Source: Erysipelotrichaceae bacterium | GTDB lineage: Bacteria; Bacillota_I; Bacilli_A; Erysipelotrichales; Erysipelotrichaceae | Reading direction: 5' to 3' | Length of the DNA stretch: 32,000 nucleotides | NCBI GenBank assembly: GCA_963676105.1 | Contig: OY781039.1 | Location: forward strand, 420,001-452,000 | Shown here: positions 24,413 to 32,000 of the stretch, one piece after another | Layout of the letters: every line of letters begins with the position of its first letter | Numbering within the stretch: position 1 is the first letter of the stretch | The notes under the pieces: model-generated | What the model was told of the DNA's origin: nothing | The model's database searches: none | The model's input: the letters and a program-made list of their open reading frames with translations, nothing else | Program-made: the position numbers and the translations under genes

Positions 24413-24438
24413 TGCAGTTGTAAAGCATTTGTAGACAT

Positions 24439-25688
24439 TTAATAAAAAACAGTAAACCCTTGATCAATTAAGAATTGGTTAGGGGTTTTATATTGTAGCT
24501 TGTATGAGGGTCTTTCATTATTGAAGAACTTTATGTATTCTACAATGAAAGTTTCAAGTGAATCCCAATCTTTAAGATTATAGTCACATTTGATTTCAGC
24601 TTTTATCCAACCATTGAGGGATTCAATAACTGCGTTATCAGTTGGTGTGCCTACGCGCGACATAGATCGAATAATGTTATAATTTTTGTGAGCTTCTTGG
24701 AAGCCTTTTGAAGAGTAAACTGCACCTTGGTCACTGTGGAAAATGATGGGTTCGGAATATTCTTCTTTTTTAATAATATGAGTAAGTTGATCAAGACAGT
24801 TGTAATAAGTGGAATTATCATTTCGTCTGGAACTAAGAGATGATGCGATGATGGAATTACTGAAGACATCAATAATAAAGGTCCACTCATAGAGTTTTCC
24901 TCTGTGTGCCAGTACAGTCATATCACTGGCTACAATTTCTAAAGGTCGTGAAACATCCCAATTTCCTGAAACGATGTTCTTATAAGTGACGTGTTCTTCT
25001 CCAGGTTTCTTCCATTGATAATGTTTCGCTTCTGATTTAACGCCCAAAGCTTTACAGGCTTTATGTACGGTTAATGCGGATAATTTCCAACCCGTACGCG
25101 TAGTGATGACCGCTGTTATATCGTGATAACCATATGAAGGATGCTCAGTATGTATTTCTAAAATGAGTTTTATTAAATCTTCTCTATTCTGCTCGTGGCG
25201 ATTGAGTGTGCCTAAACGTTTTAGCCATTTATAATAACCACTACGACTGACATCTAATACACCACATAAGAACTCAACTGAATATTCTAAACTTAATTCT
25301 TTGATGATTTGATATTCATCTTGGATGTAGGAACGTATTCCTTGTTTGAACCAACCCCTTTCACTGTGTAACCTTTTTTTAATCGTTCAACTTCTAATTT
25401 TAATTTGAAATTCTCAAGTTCTAATTTCTCAAGTTTGTTTAGGTTTTTCTTACGATATAGGTGAGTCATACTATTACGTTTGTTTTCTTTAGGTAGAAGT
25501 CCATCTTCTCCAGTTTCTAGATATTGTTTTACCCAGTTATGTATTTGTGCTAAACCAACTTGATAATTTATCTTTATTTGCTCATAACTCATGTGATCTA
25601 TTAAATGTTTATTAACGATCTCTAATTTTTCTTCGAATGTCCATTTATGGAATTTTGTCTCTGTACTTCCTTTTGGTCTTCCTCTCAT
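24439..25688 (-). CDS. IS3-family transposase OrfAB (OrfA 25293..25688; the OrfB frame is reached by a -1 frameshift at 25374-25380)
   Basis: OrfA has an HTH plus a leucine-zipper-like LEKLELENFKLKLEVERLKK and an AGGAGG SD. The -1 frame is open from the slippery site to 24439 without its own start. It carries a DDE triad context (VASDMT, FHSDQGAVY, TPTDNAVIESLNG). The predicted fusion is about 416 aa. Confidence 0.85.
25374..25380 (-). promoter_or_regulatory. Programmed -1 ribosomal frameshift slippery heptamer A AAA AAA
   Basis: On the minus strand the sequence reads GAT TAA AAA AAG GTT. After a -1 slip the reading continues K-K-R-L-H-S-E-R-G-W... in frame with the DDE domain. Confidence 0.7.
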
Positions 25689-25778
25689 ATAACCTCCTTT
25701 TCTATAGATATAAGAAAAAGTAGACTTTATTCAAGAAAATGGTTTTTTTCTTGTGTCTACTTTTACTTTACTACTTCA

Positions 25779-25795
25779 CGTAATGCTCCTTTTTT
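25779..25795 (+). terminator. Right direct-repeat copy plus the displaced 3' half and T-tract of the recA terminator
   Basis: The sequence is CGTAATG-CTCC-TTTTTT. Joining it to 24399-24412 restores AAGGAGC-GTAAT-GCTCCTT followed by T6. Confidence 0.65.
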
Positions 25796-25884
25796 GATTC
25801 AGCTATTATTAAACTTGTGTATATTAATGTAAACGGTTAAAATATGATAAGAGTTAGATTAACTCTTAGCTAAGGAGAATTCTT

Positions 25885-27435
25885 ATGAGAGAATATAATT
25901 TCCTCTTAGCTGGTTTAGTAGGCATCGTTTTGGGCGTTATCGTTATGATGATCGTTTCAAAACTTGGATTATTACGTGCTCAACAGAAGTCAAAACTGGT
26001 CATCGATGAAGCAAATAGCAAGGCAGAAGGGATTGTAAGACAAGCAACCCTAGATGGAAAAACATCTAGCTATGAACTCAAGTTGGCAGCTGAAAAAGAA
26101 ATTAAAGAATTAAGACAATCTCTACATGAATCAGAGATTAAATTGAATCGTCGTGAAGAATCAATTGGTTTTCGCGATGAACAATCAAAACAAAAAGAAA
26201 AACAGTTAGACAATAAAAATAAGCAAGTAGAATCAAAGCTTGAACAACTGGCAAAAATGGAAGAACAATTGAAAGTCAATATTGACGGACAATTGAAAGA
26301 GCTAGAGCGCATAGCTTCTATTAGTGCGCAAGATGCTAAAAATGAGATTTTTGAAATTGTAAAAGTACGTACTCGTAATGAAATGGAGGCGTATATTCGT
26401 GATCAAGAGGAAGAGGCAAAGTCAAAAGCCACTGAATCTGCTCGTGAAATTATAAGTTTGGCTATAACACGTTATGCTCAAGAAGAAACACTTGAACGTA
26501 CGGTTTCGGTTGTAAACTTACCAAATGAAGATATGAAAGGTCGTATTATTGGTCGTGAAGGACGTAATATCCGTGCGATTGAACAAGCAACAGGTGTCGA
26601 TATCTTAATCGACGATACACCTGAAACCATTACACTTTCATGTTTTAATCCAATTCGTCGTGAAATAGCACGCCAGTCTTTAGAAATTTTATTAAAAGAT
26701 GGACGTATTCAACCAGGACGTATTGAAGAAGTAACTAAACGAGTTGAAAACGAACTCAATGATCAAATCCAAAAATATGGTGAAGATGCTATATTCAAAC
26801 TTGGTATTGGAAAAATGGATCGTGAGATTATTAAATTACTTGGACGTATGCGTTTTAGATACTCATATGGTCAAAATGCACTTCAACACTCAAGTGAAGT
26901 TGCTTCACTTTGTGGCATGATGGCTGCAGAGTTAGGTTTAAATCAAGGCATGGCTAAACGTGTTGGTTTATTACACGATATTGGTAAAGCTTTAGACTTT
27001 GAAATGGAAGGAAGTCACGTTGAACTTGGTGCTCGTATTTGTAAAAAACACGGTGAACATCCAAATGTTATTAACGCGATACTTTCTCACCATGGTGATG
27101 TGCCATTTGATAATGTTTATTCAATTTTAGCGCAAGCGGCAGATACGCTAAGTGCTGCTCGTCCTGGTGCTCGTTTTGAAAATTTTGAGAATTATATCCA
27201 ACGTTTAGAAAAACTTGAAGAAATTGCGAATGGCTTTGAAGGCGTTGATAAAACGTTTGCGATCCAAGCTGGACGTGAAATACGTGTTATGGTTACACCT
27301 GAAAAAGTTGATGATTTAGAAAGTCATAGAATTGCTCGTGAAATTCGCGATAAGATTGAAGCTGAAATGACCTATCCTGGTCAAATTAAAGTTACGGTTA
27401 TCCGCGAAACACGTCATCAAGAAGTCGCAAAATAA
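25885..27435 (+). CDS. rny: Ribonuclease Y
   Basis: It has an N-terminal TM helix, a coiled coil, a KH domain (GRIIGREGRNIRAIEQATGVD) and an HD domain (HSSEVA...LLHDIGKA...HH). SD AAGGAG. Confidence 0.95.
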   Translation: MREYNFLLAGLVGIVLGVIVMMIVSKLGLLRAQQKSKLVIDEANSKAEGIVRQATLDGKTSSYELKLAAEKEIKELRQSLHESEIKLNRREESIGFRDEQSKQKEKQLDNKNKQVESKLEQLAKMEEQLKVNIDGQLKELERIASISAQDAKNEIFEIVKVRTRNEMEAYIRDQEEEAKSKATESAREIISLAITRYAQEETLERTVSVVNLPNEDMKGRIIGREGRNIRAIEQATGVDILIDDTPETITLSCFNPIRREIARQSLEILLKDGRIQPGRIEEVTKRVENELNDQIQKYGEDAIFKLGIGKMDREIIKLLGRMRFRYSYGQNALQHSSEVASLCGMMAAELGLNQGMAKRVGLLHDIGKALDFEMEGSHVELGARICKKHGEHPNVINAILSHHGDVPFDNVYSILAQAADTLSAARPGARFENFENYIQRLEKLEEIANGFEGVDKTFAIQAGREIRVMVTPEKVDDLESHRIAREIRDKIEAEMTYPGQIKVTVIRETRHQEVAK

Positions 27436-28205
27436 TGAAACTATTATTTATCGGTGATATAGTCGGTAAATCTGGAAGAAAGGCTGTTGAAAAACAGCTT
27501 TCTTCGCTTGTAAAGACACATAAGATTGATTTAGTCTTAGCCAATGCTGAAAATGCAGCCCATGGTAAAGGGATCACAGAAAAAATTTATCGTGAGCTTC
27601 AATCCTATGGTGTCGATTACATGAGTTTAGGGAATCATGCGTTTTCTAAAGATGTTATTAAAAATTTTATTCAAGATGCTGATCGACTAATCAGACCGGC
27701 TAATATGTATCCATTAGAATATGGAAAAGGGTTTCTTGATTTTGAACTAAAGGGATTAAAATTTCGCTTTATTAATTTATGCGGAACTGTTTTTATGGAT
27801 AATATCTCACAAAACCCGTTTCTTGAGTTTGATAAATTAAAAGGGGATTCTTCGATTATTCATATCGTTGATTTGCATGCTGAAGCAACCAGTGAAAAAG
27901 CTGCTTTCTTAGAAATGTTCAAATCAAATTGTGCCCTTATTGTTGGAACACATACTCATGTTCAAACAGCAGATGACTGTATACGTGATGGTTGTGCCTT
28001 TATATCAGATGTTGGTATGACAGGACCGTATTACTCAATTATTGGTCGTGATACACAAGAAGTTTTAAATCGTTTTAGAGGTATTGTTTCTAAGACATTT
28101 ACAGTTGGTGAAGGAGAAGCCATATTCTGTGCTGTTGTGGTTGAAATTAATGAAAGCACTCTCAGAGCAGAGAGTATTGAAAGAATTCAAATTAGACCAA
28201 ATTAA
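27435..28205 (+). CDS. ymdB: YmdB-family metallophosphoesterase (2',3'-cyclic-nucleotide 2'-phosphodiesterase)
   Basis: MKLLFIGDIVGKSGR, ANAENAAHGKGIT, GNHAF, DLHAEATSEK, GTHTHVQTAD and GMTGP are the YmdB family blocks. It shows a TAATG overlap with rny, as in Bacillus. Confidence 0.9.
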   Translation: MKLLFIGDIVGKSGRKAVEKQLSSLVKTHKIDLVLANAENAAHGKGITEKIYRELQSYGVDYMSLGNHAFSKDVIKNFIQDADRLIRPANMYPLEYGKGFLDFELKGLKFRFINLCGTVFMDNISQNPFLEFDKLKGDSSIIHIVDLHAEATSEKAAFLEMFKSNCALIVGTHTHVQTADDCIRDGCAFISDVGMTGPYYSIIGRDTQEVLNRFRGIVSKTFTVGEGEAIFCAVVVEINESTLRAESIERIQIRPN

Positions 28206-28208
28206 TTA

Positions 28209-28236
28209 TTGATTCAATAAAAAAATTTGTTATAAT
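28209..28236 (+). promoter_or_regulatory. Sigma-A promoter with an extended -10 for the ferredoxin gene
   Basis: TTGATT (28209-14), a 16-nt spacer ending in TGT, and TATAAT (28231-36). AAAGGAGG lies 6 nt before ATG 28265. Confidence 0.55.
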
Positions 28237-28264
28237 TTTATCGAAAGAAAAAGGAGGATTTTCC

Positions 28265-28441
28265 ATGCCAGTATTTGTACAAAAAGATACTTGTATCGCT
28301 TGCGGTGCGTGTGTTGGTGTATGTCCTACCGGTGCTCTATCATTAGATGCAGACGGCAAAGCTGAATGCGAAGAATCAGTTTGCATTGACTGCCTAGCAT
28401 GTTTAGGTGTTTGCCCAACAGGAGCTATCGAACAAAAATAA
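28265..28441 (+). CDS. fer: 2x[4Fe-4S] clostridial-type ferredoxin (58 aa; absent from the ORF track because it is under 60 aa)
   Basis: My own translation is MPVFVQKDTCIACGACVGVCPTGALSLDADGKAECEESVCIDCLACLGVCPTGAIEQK. It has two CxxCxxCxxxCP cluster motifs, a strong SD, its own promoter and its own terminator. Confidence 0.85.
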   Translation: MPVFVQKDTCIACGACVGVCPTGALSLDADGKAECEESVCIDCLACLGVCPTGAIEQK

Positions 28442-28464
28442 CCAAGCCAAGCTTGGTTTTTTTG
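28441..28464 (+). terminator. Intrinsic terminator after fer
   Basis: AACCAAG-CCAAG-CTTGGTT followed by a T-run. Confidence 0.75.
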
Positions 28465-28483
28465 ACTTTAGAAAGAGTCGTTT

Positions 28484-29917
28484 ATGAAAATTAATAATTT
28501 AAGTATACCTAATTTAAAACAAGCCCAATTAAGATCACGTGACGATACAATGATTGAACGTTCGATCTTTGAAATACCTGAACATTTAAGAAATATCGGA
28601 CAAAACCGATTTTATTATTTAAGAACCTATGGCTGTCAAGCTAATGAGAGAGATTCCGAAACCATTCGTGGTATGTGCGAAGCATTAGGTTATCTACCAG
28701 TTGATGAACCTGATAATGCAGACCTAATTATTCATAATACATGTGCTATACGTGAAAATGCAGAAAAGAAAGTTTTTGGAGAACTAGGTCATCTAAGACG
28801 ATTGAAATATGAAAACCCAGATTTAATTTTTGTGGTATGCGGATGTATGACCCAAGAAGAAGCAGTGGTTGAAAGAATTCTAAAAACATATCCACATGTT
28901 GATGTGGTTTTTGGTACACATAATTTACATCGTTTTCCTAGTTTGTTGTATCAAGCTATCTTTAATAAAGAACGCGTCATAGAAGTTTATTCAAAAGAAG
29001 GGGAAGTGTATGAAAACTTGCCTGTAAGACGTGTTCAAAAAACCAAAGCATGGGTCAATGTTATTTATGGTTGTGATAAATTTTGTACCTACTGTATTGT
29101 GCCGTATACACGCGGCAAAGAGCGTTCTCGTTTAAAAGAAGATATCTTAGCAGAAATTGATACATTAATTGAAGAAGGCTATAAAGAAGTAACTTTACTC
29201 GGTCAAAATGTTAATGCTTATGGAAAAGATTTAGATATTGATTATGACTTTGCGAAATTGTTAGAAGATGTATCCAAAAAAGATATTGAGCGTGTTCGTT
29301 TTATGACATCACATCCTTGGGACTTTAGTGAAGGCATGATTGATGTAATGGCAAAAGATAACAACATCATGCCATTTCTTCATTTACCACTTCAATCTGG
29401 AGACACCGAAATCTTAAAAATCATGGGGCGTCGATATAGTGTTGGTGACTATATGGATTTATATCATCGCTTAAAAGCTAAAATTCCTCATTTAGCCATT
29501 TCAACTGACATTATTGTTGGATTTCCTAATGAAACAGAAGAACAGTTTCAACATACATTAGATGTGGTTGATCAAGTTCAATATGATAATGCCTATACCT
29601 TTATTTATTCACCTAGACCTGGTACACCGGCCGCAAATATGGAAGACAATGTTCCTTTAGATGTTAAAAAGGAAAGACTTCAACGTTTGAACGCTAAAGT
29701 GAATGAATATGCTTTACAAAAAAGTAAAGCAATGGTTGGACAAACGGTTAAAGTGTTGGTGGATGGACCATCAAAGAAAAACCCTAATATTTACTCAGGT
29801 TATACTGAAAACAATAAACTTGTTAATTTTGTAGCGCAAAATGATGTTACAGGACAAGTGATAAGTGTTAAAATAAAACAAGCAAATACCTGGACTTTAA
29901 AAGGTGAATCCTTGTAA
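28484..29917 (+). CDS. miaB: tRNA-2-methylthio-N6-dimethylallyladenosine synthase (radical SAM methylthiotransferase)
   Basis: The UPF0004 N-terminal domain reads YLRTYGCQANERDSE...NTCAIRE...GCM. It has a radical-SAM motif CDKFCTYCIVPYTRG and a C-terminal TRAM domain. The N-terminal IPNLKQA region matches the Bacillus MiaB leader segment. Confidence 0.93.
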   Translation: MKINNLSIPNLKQAQLRSRDDTMIERSIFEIPEHLRNIGQNRFYYLRTYGCQANERDSETIRGMCEALGYLPVDEPDNADLIIHNTCAIRENAEKKVFGELGHLRRLKYENPDLIFVVCGCMTQEEAVVERILKTYPHVDVVFGTHNLHRFPSLLYQAIFNKERVIEVYSKEGEVYENLPVRRVQKTKAWVNVIYGCDKFCTYCIVPYTRGKERSRLKEDILAEIDTLIEEGYKEVTLLGQNVNAYGKDLDIDYDFAKLLEDVSKKDIERVRFMTSHPWDFSEGMIDVMAKDNNIMPFLHLPLQSGDTEILKIMGRRYSVGDYMDLYHRLKAKIPHLAISTDIIVGFPNETEEQFQHTLDVVDQVQYDNAYTFIYSPRPGTPAANMEDNVPLDVKKERLQRLNAKVNEYALQKSKAMVGQTVKVLVDGPSKKNPNIYSGYTENNKLVNFVAQNDVTGQVISVKIKQANTWTLKGESL

Positions 29918-29972
29918 AGTTAATAAGGCAATTTATAAAAAACTATAATTTTTTAAGTTTAGGAGACAATTT

Positions 29973-31637
29973 ATGAATCAAATCCGCATGTATGCGTTAG
30001 GCGGTTTGGATGAAGATGGCAAAAATTTAACGGTCGTCGAAATCAACCAAGATATTTTTATATTGGATGTTGGCCTAAAATATCCTGAAGGACAAAGACA
30101 CTTAGGGGTTGAGATTATCATCCCTGATTTTAAGTCGATTGTAGAAAAGAAAGATCGTATTAAAGCAATCTTTATCACACATGGTCATGATGATGCGATG
30201 GGGGCACTGCCGTATCTTTTAAAACATGTAAAAGCACCTGTTTATGCGACAGCATTTACAGCATCACTAATTGAAATATTACTCAGAGAACATAGTATTA
30301 AAGACTATACACTAAAGATTGTTAAACGATTTGATCAATTTAGTATCGGTCAAACTCAAGTTAGAACATTTGGAATCACTCACTCGATTGCAGATGCGAT
30401 GGGTGTTGCGATTGAAACAAGTGAAGGCTATATTGTTTATGCGGCTGAATATATTATTGATTTTGATCAAAAACATGAAGCTTTCTCATGCGATCTAACA
30501 ACATTTGCTGATATTGGTAAAAAAGGTGTTTTTGCCTTATTAACAGAATCAATTGGTGCAGATCGAGCGGGCTATACTGCGCCAAGTCATCGTATTTCTG
30601 ATTATTTAGAAAATGCTTTAGAAAATGCGAAAGGTCGCGTTATCTTAACGATGTATGAACAAAATTTATATCGCTTAAGTGAAGTATTAGATTTAGCTAA
30701 ACGTTTTAAACGTAAAGTTGTTTTCTATAATGATCATCAACGTAATTTATTAAAACAAGCTGAGAAACTCAATTATTATAAGATGCCTTTAGAACTTGAA
30801 TTACCATTATCTCGTTTTAATAATGATAGTGAAGATGTTCTTGTCATTGTTTCTGGTAGTGGTATCGCAACGTTCCAAACATTACATAAAATAGCGATTA
30901 GTGAAGATGAAAAACTATCACTTCGATCAAGTGACACCGTCTTTATCGCATCTCCAGTTGTCCCAGGTACCGAAAAAGAAGCTGCTTCAATGGAAAATGA
31001 ACTTTATAAAGAAGATGTTGATGTCATCACTTTAGATAAAAAGAAAGTTTTCTCAATGCATGCCGCTACTGAAGATATTAAAATGATGCTTTATTTAATG
31101 AAACCCAAGTACTTTGTGCCTATTCATGGTGAGTATCGACATTTAGTTGCGAATGCAAATATCGCTTTAGATATGGGTTACTATGCAGATAAAATTGTTG
31201 TATTAGATAATGGAGAAATTGCCACATTTGAAGATGGCAAACGTACAAATGCGATTAATCGTATCGAACTAGAAACTGTGTTAATTGATGGTAATGAAAA
31301 ACTCGATTTCTCAGGTTTAGTCTTAAGAGATCGAGAAATGTTATCGACAGATGGTGTGATTGTGGTTGGTTTAAGTATCAACTTTAAGACAAAAGAAGTT
31401 ATTGGTGGACCAGATGTTCAATCACGTGGTGTTATTTATCTAAAGGATGCAGATCATATCGTTAAGGAAACGGCTGCGATTTTAGAGTCAACTGTTAATG
31501 AACTTGTGTCTGCCAATAAATATGATAATCAAGGAGCTCGTAATGAGGCTCGTGATCGAATGAGTAAGTATATTTATAAACAAACGGGTAAGAGACCAAT
31601 GATTTTACCTGTTATTATAGAATTGAATTTAAATTAA
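29973..31637 (+). CDS. rnj: Ribonuclease J paralogue (J2-like position; degenerate metal-binding motifs)
   Basis: It is colinear with RNase J1/J2 over the beta-lactamase, beta-CASP and C-terminal domains (ALGGLDEDGKN..., THSIAD, PIHGEYRH, RPMILPVIIE). Motif II reads HGHDDA instead of HGHEDH. It is followed by ftsK, like B. subtilis rnjB. Confidence 0.88.
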   Translation: MNQIRMYALGGLDEDGKNLTVVEINQDIFILDVGLKYPEGQRHLGVEIIIPDFKSIVEKKDRIKAIFITHGHDDAMGALPYLLKHVKAPVYATAFTASLIEILLREHSIKDYTLKIVKRFDQFSIGQTQVRTFGITHSIADAMGVAIETSEGYIVYAAEYIIDFDQKHEAFSCDLTTFADIGKKGVFALLTESIGADRAGYTAPSHRISDYLENALENAKGRVILTMYEQNLYRLSEVLDLAKRFKRKVVFYNDHQRNLLKQAEKLNYYKMPLELELPLSRFNNDSEDVLVIVSGSGIATFQTLHKIAISEDEKLSLRSSDTVFIASPVVPGTEKEAASMENELYKEDVDVITLDKKKVFSMHAATEDIKMMLYLMKPKYFVPIHGEYRHLVANANIALDMGYYADKIVVLDNGEIATFEDGKRTNAINRIELETVLIDGNEKLDFSGLVLRDREMLSTDGVIVVGLSINFKTKEVIGGPDVQSRGVIYLKDADHIVKETAAILESTVNELVSANKYDNQGARNEARDRMSKYIYKQTGKRPMILPVIIELNLN

Positions 31638-31643
31638 TAGTTT

Positions 31644-32000
31644 ATGACAAAAAAGAGAAAAAATACGAAAAAAATGAATAGGGCTTGGCGTATCGTCTTG
31701 TCAATAACTTTTATGGGTTGGGCTTTTATTGGATTCATACACTCTGGGGCCATTGGTGAATGGACAGATAAATTTATGAATCTAATTTTTGGTGTCCGTC
31801 GTGATGTGATGTATGTTTTAATAGTATTTTTACTTTTTGATTATGCATTTTTACCTAAAAAATGGAATTTGAAATTTAGACAAAAACTCGTTTTAGCCAT
31901 CAATGTTGTACTTTTATATTTATGGACAGCTTATTTTGTATTAGAGTCAAATTTAATTGGTAAAGAACTATTTGATTTATGGAATGCTTCTGCATGGGAT
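31644..32000 (+). CDS. ftsK: Probable DNA translocase FtsK/SpoIIIE, N-terminal membrane domain (3' end lies outside the window)
   Basis: The frame is open from ATG 31644 to the window end (119 codons). A basic N-terminus (MTKKRKNTKK) is followed by successive hydrophobic helices, as in the FtsK 4TM domain. It sits after the RNase J2-like gene, as in Bacillus. The motor domain is not visible, so the call rests on synteny and topology. Confidence 0.5.
   Translation, partial: MTKKRKNTKKMNRAWRIVLSITFMGWAFIGFIHSGAIGEWTDKFMNLIFGVRRDVMYVLIVFLLFDYAFLPKKWNLKFRQKLVLAINVVLLYLWTAYFVLESNLIGKELFDLWNASAWD

Larger units (their letters stand above)
24411..25780 (-). mobile_element. IS3-family insertion sequence, apparently intact (about 1.37 kb; ends uncertain by about 2 nt)
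   Basis: It has two overlapping transposase frames joined by an A7 slippery run. Imperfect terminal inverted repeats match 18/24: 24413-24436 TGCAGTTGTAAAGCATTTGTAGAC versus the complement of 25755-25778. The termini are 5'-TG...CA-3', and a 5-7 bp direct repeat flanks the element. Confidence 0.85.

Noticed and set aside
28192-28386. 64-aa minus-strand ORF between ymdB and miaB.
   Set aside because: It is antisense to a textbook 2x[4Fe-4S] ferredoxin gene that has its own SD, promoter and terminator. The minus-strand product has no features.
10235-31381. Other short track ORFs overlapping annotated genes: 10235..10573 -, 12427..12618 -, 18111..18302 +, 18872..19102 +, 20833..21036 -, 22499..22750 -, 23035..23271 -, 23366..23548 -, 24651..24890 -, 25647..25832 +, 26070..26312 -, 29978..30178 -, 31181..31381 -.
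   Set aside because: Each is antisense to or out of frame with a well-supported gene or with rnpB. None has a translation signal, and their compositions are odd. No independent support is visible in the sequence.
1-32000. Search for CRISPR arrays, tRNA or rRNA genes, large direct or tandem repeats, prophage genes or defence-system genes.
   Set aside because: I saw no regularly spaced repeats, no GTTCGAATC-type T-arm signatures and no rRNA-like conserved blocks. Every large ORF has a housekeeping assignment, apart from the ABC/HTH cassette and a few small membrane proteins.

Overview
This is an AT-rich chromosomal core region of a low-GC, cell-walled Bacillota-type bacterium. TGA is used as a stop codon and AGGAGG-type Shine-Dalgarno (SD) sites are common. 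I can support about 33 protein genes, RNase P RNA, one intact IS3-family insertion sequence, several intrinsic terminators and several sigma-A-like promoters. Gene order joins several blocks known from Bacillus subtilis. In order they are: aspS; an ABC exporter plus HTH regulator; yneF, plsY and parE-parC; yqeG-yqeH-yhbY-nadD/yqeK-rsfS-mtnN; dnaD-nth, ponA-recU and gpsB-rnpB; rodZ(ymfM)-pgsA-cinA-recA; the IS; rny-ymdB-fer-miaB; and rnj-ftsK. I saw no CRISPR array, tRNA or rRNA genes, prophage, or recognisable defence or toxin island, so most of the window is ordinary housekeeping DNA. Five things deserve a second look. (1) A densely structured, ATG-free 207-nt spacer lies between aspS and the ABC exporter. 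It has mutually exclusive closing-helix, antiterminator and terminator pairings, so it is either an orphan riboswitch-like leader or a 6S/BsrA-like sRNA. (2) The ABC exporter overlaps an Rgg/RNPP-sized HTH regulator, with tiny ORFs downstream. (3) The class A PBP carries a roughly 400-aa C-terminal extension that ends in a cadherin-like DxDGD domain. (4) The IS3 element sits in the loop of the recA terminator. (5) Three genes share a TGnTATAAT-N7-ATG geometry that suggests leaderless mRNAs. All functional calls come from reading motifs by eye and from synteny. No database search was run.
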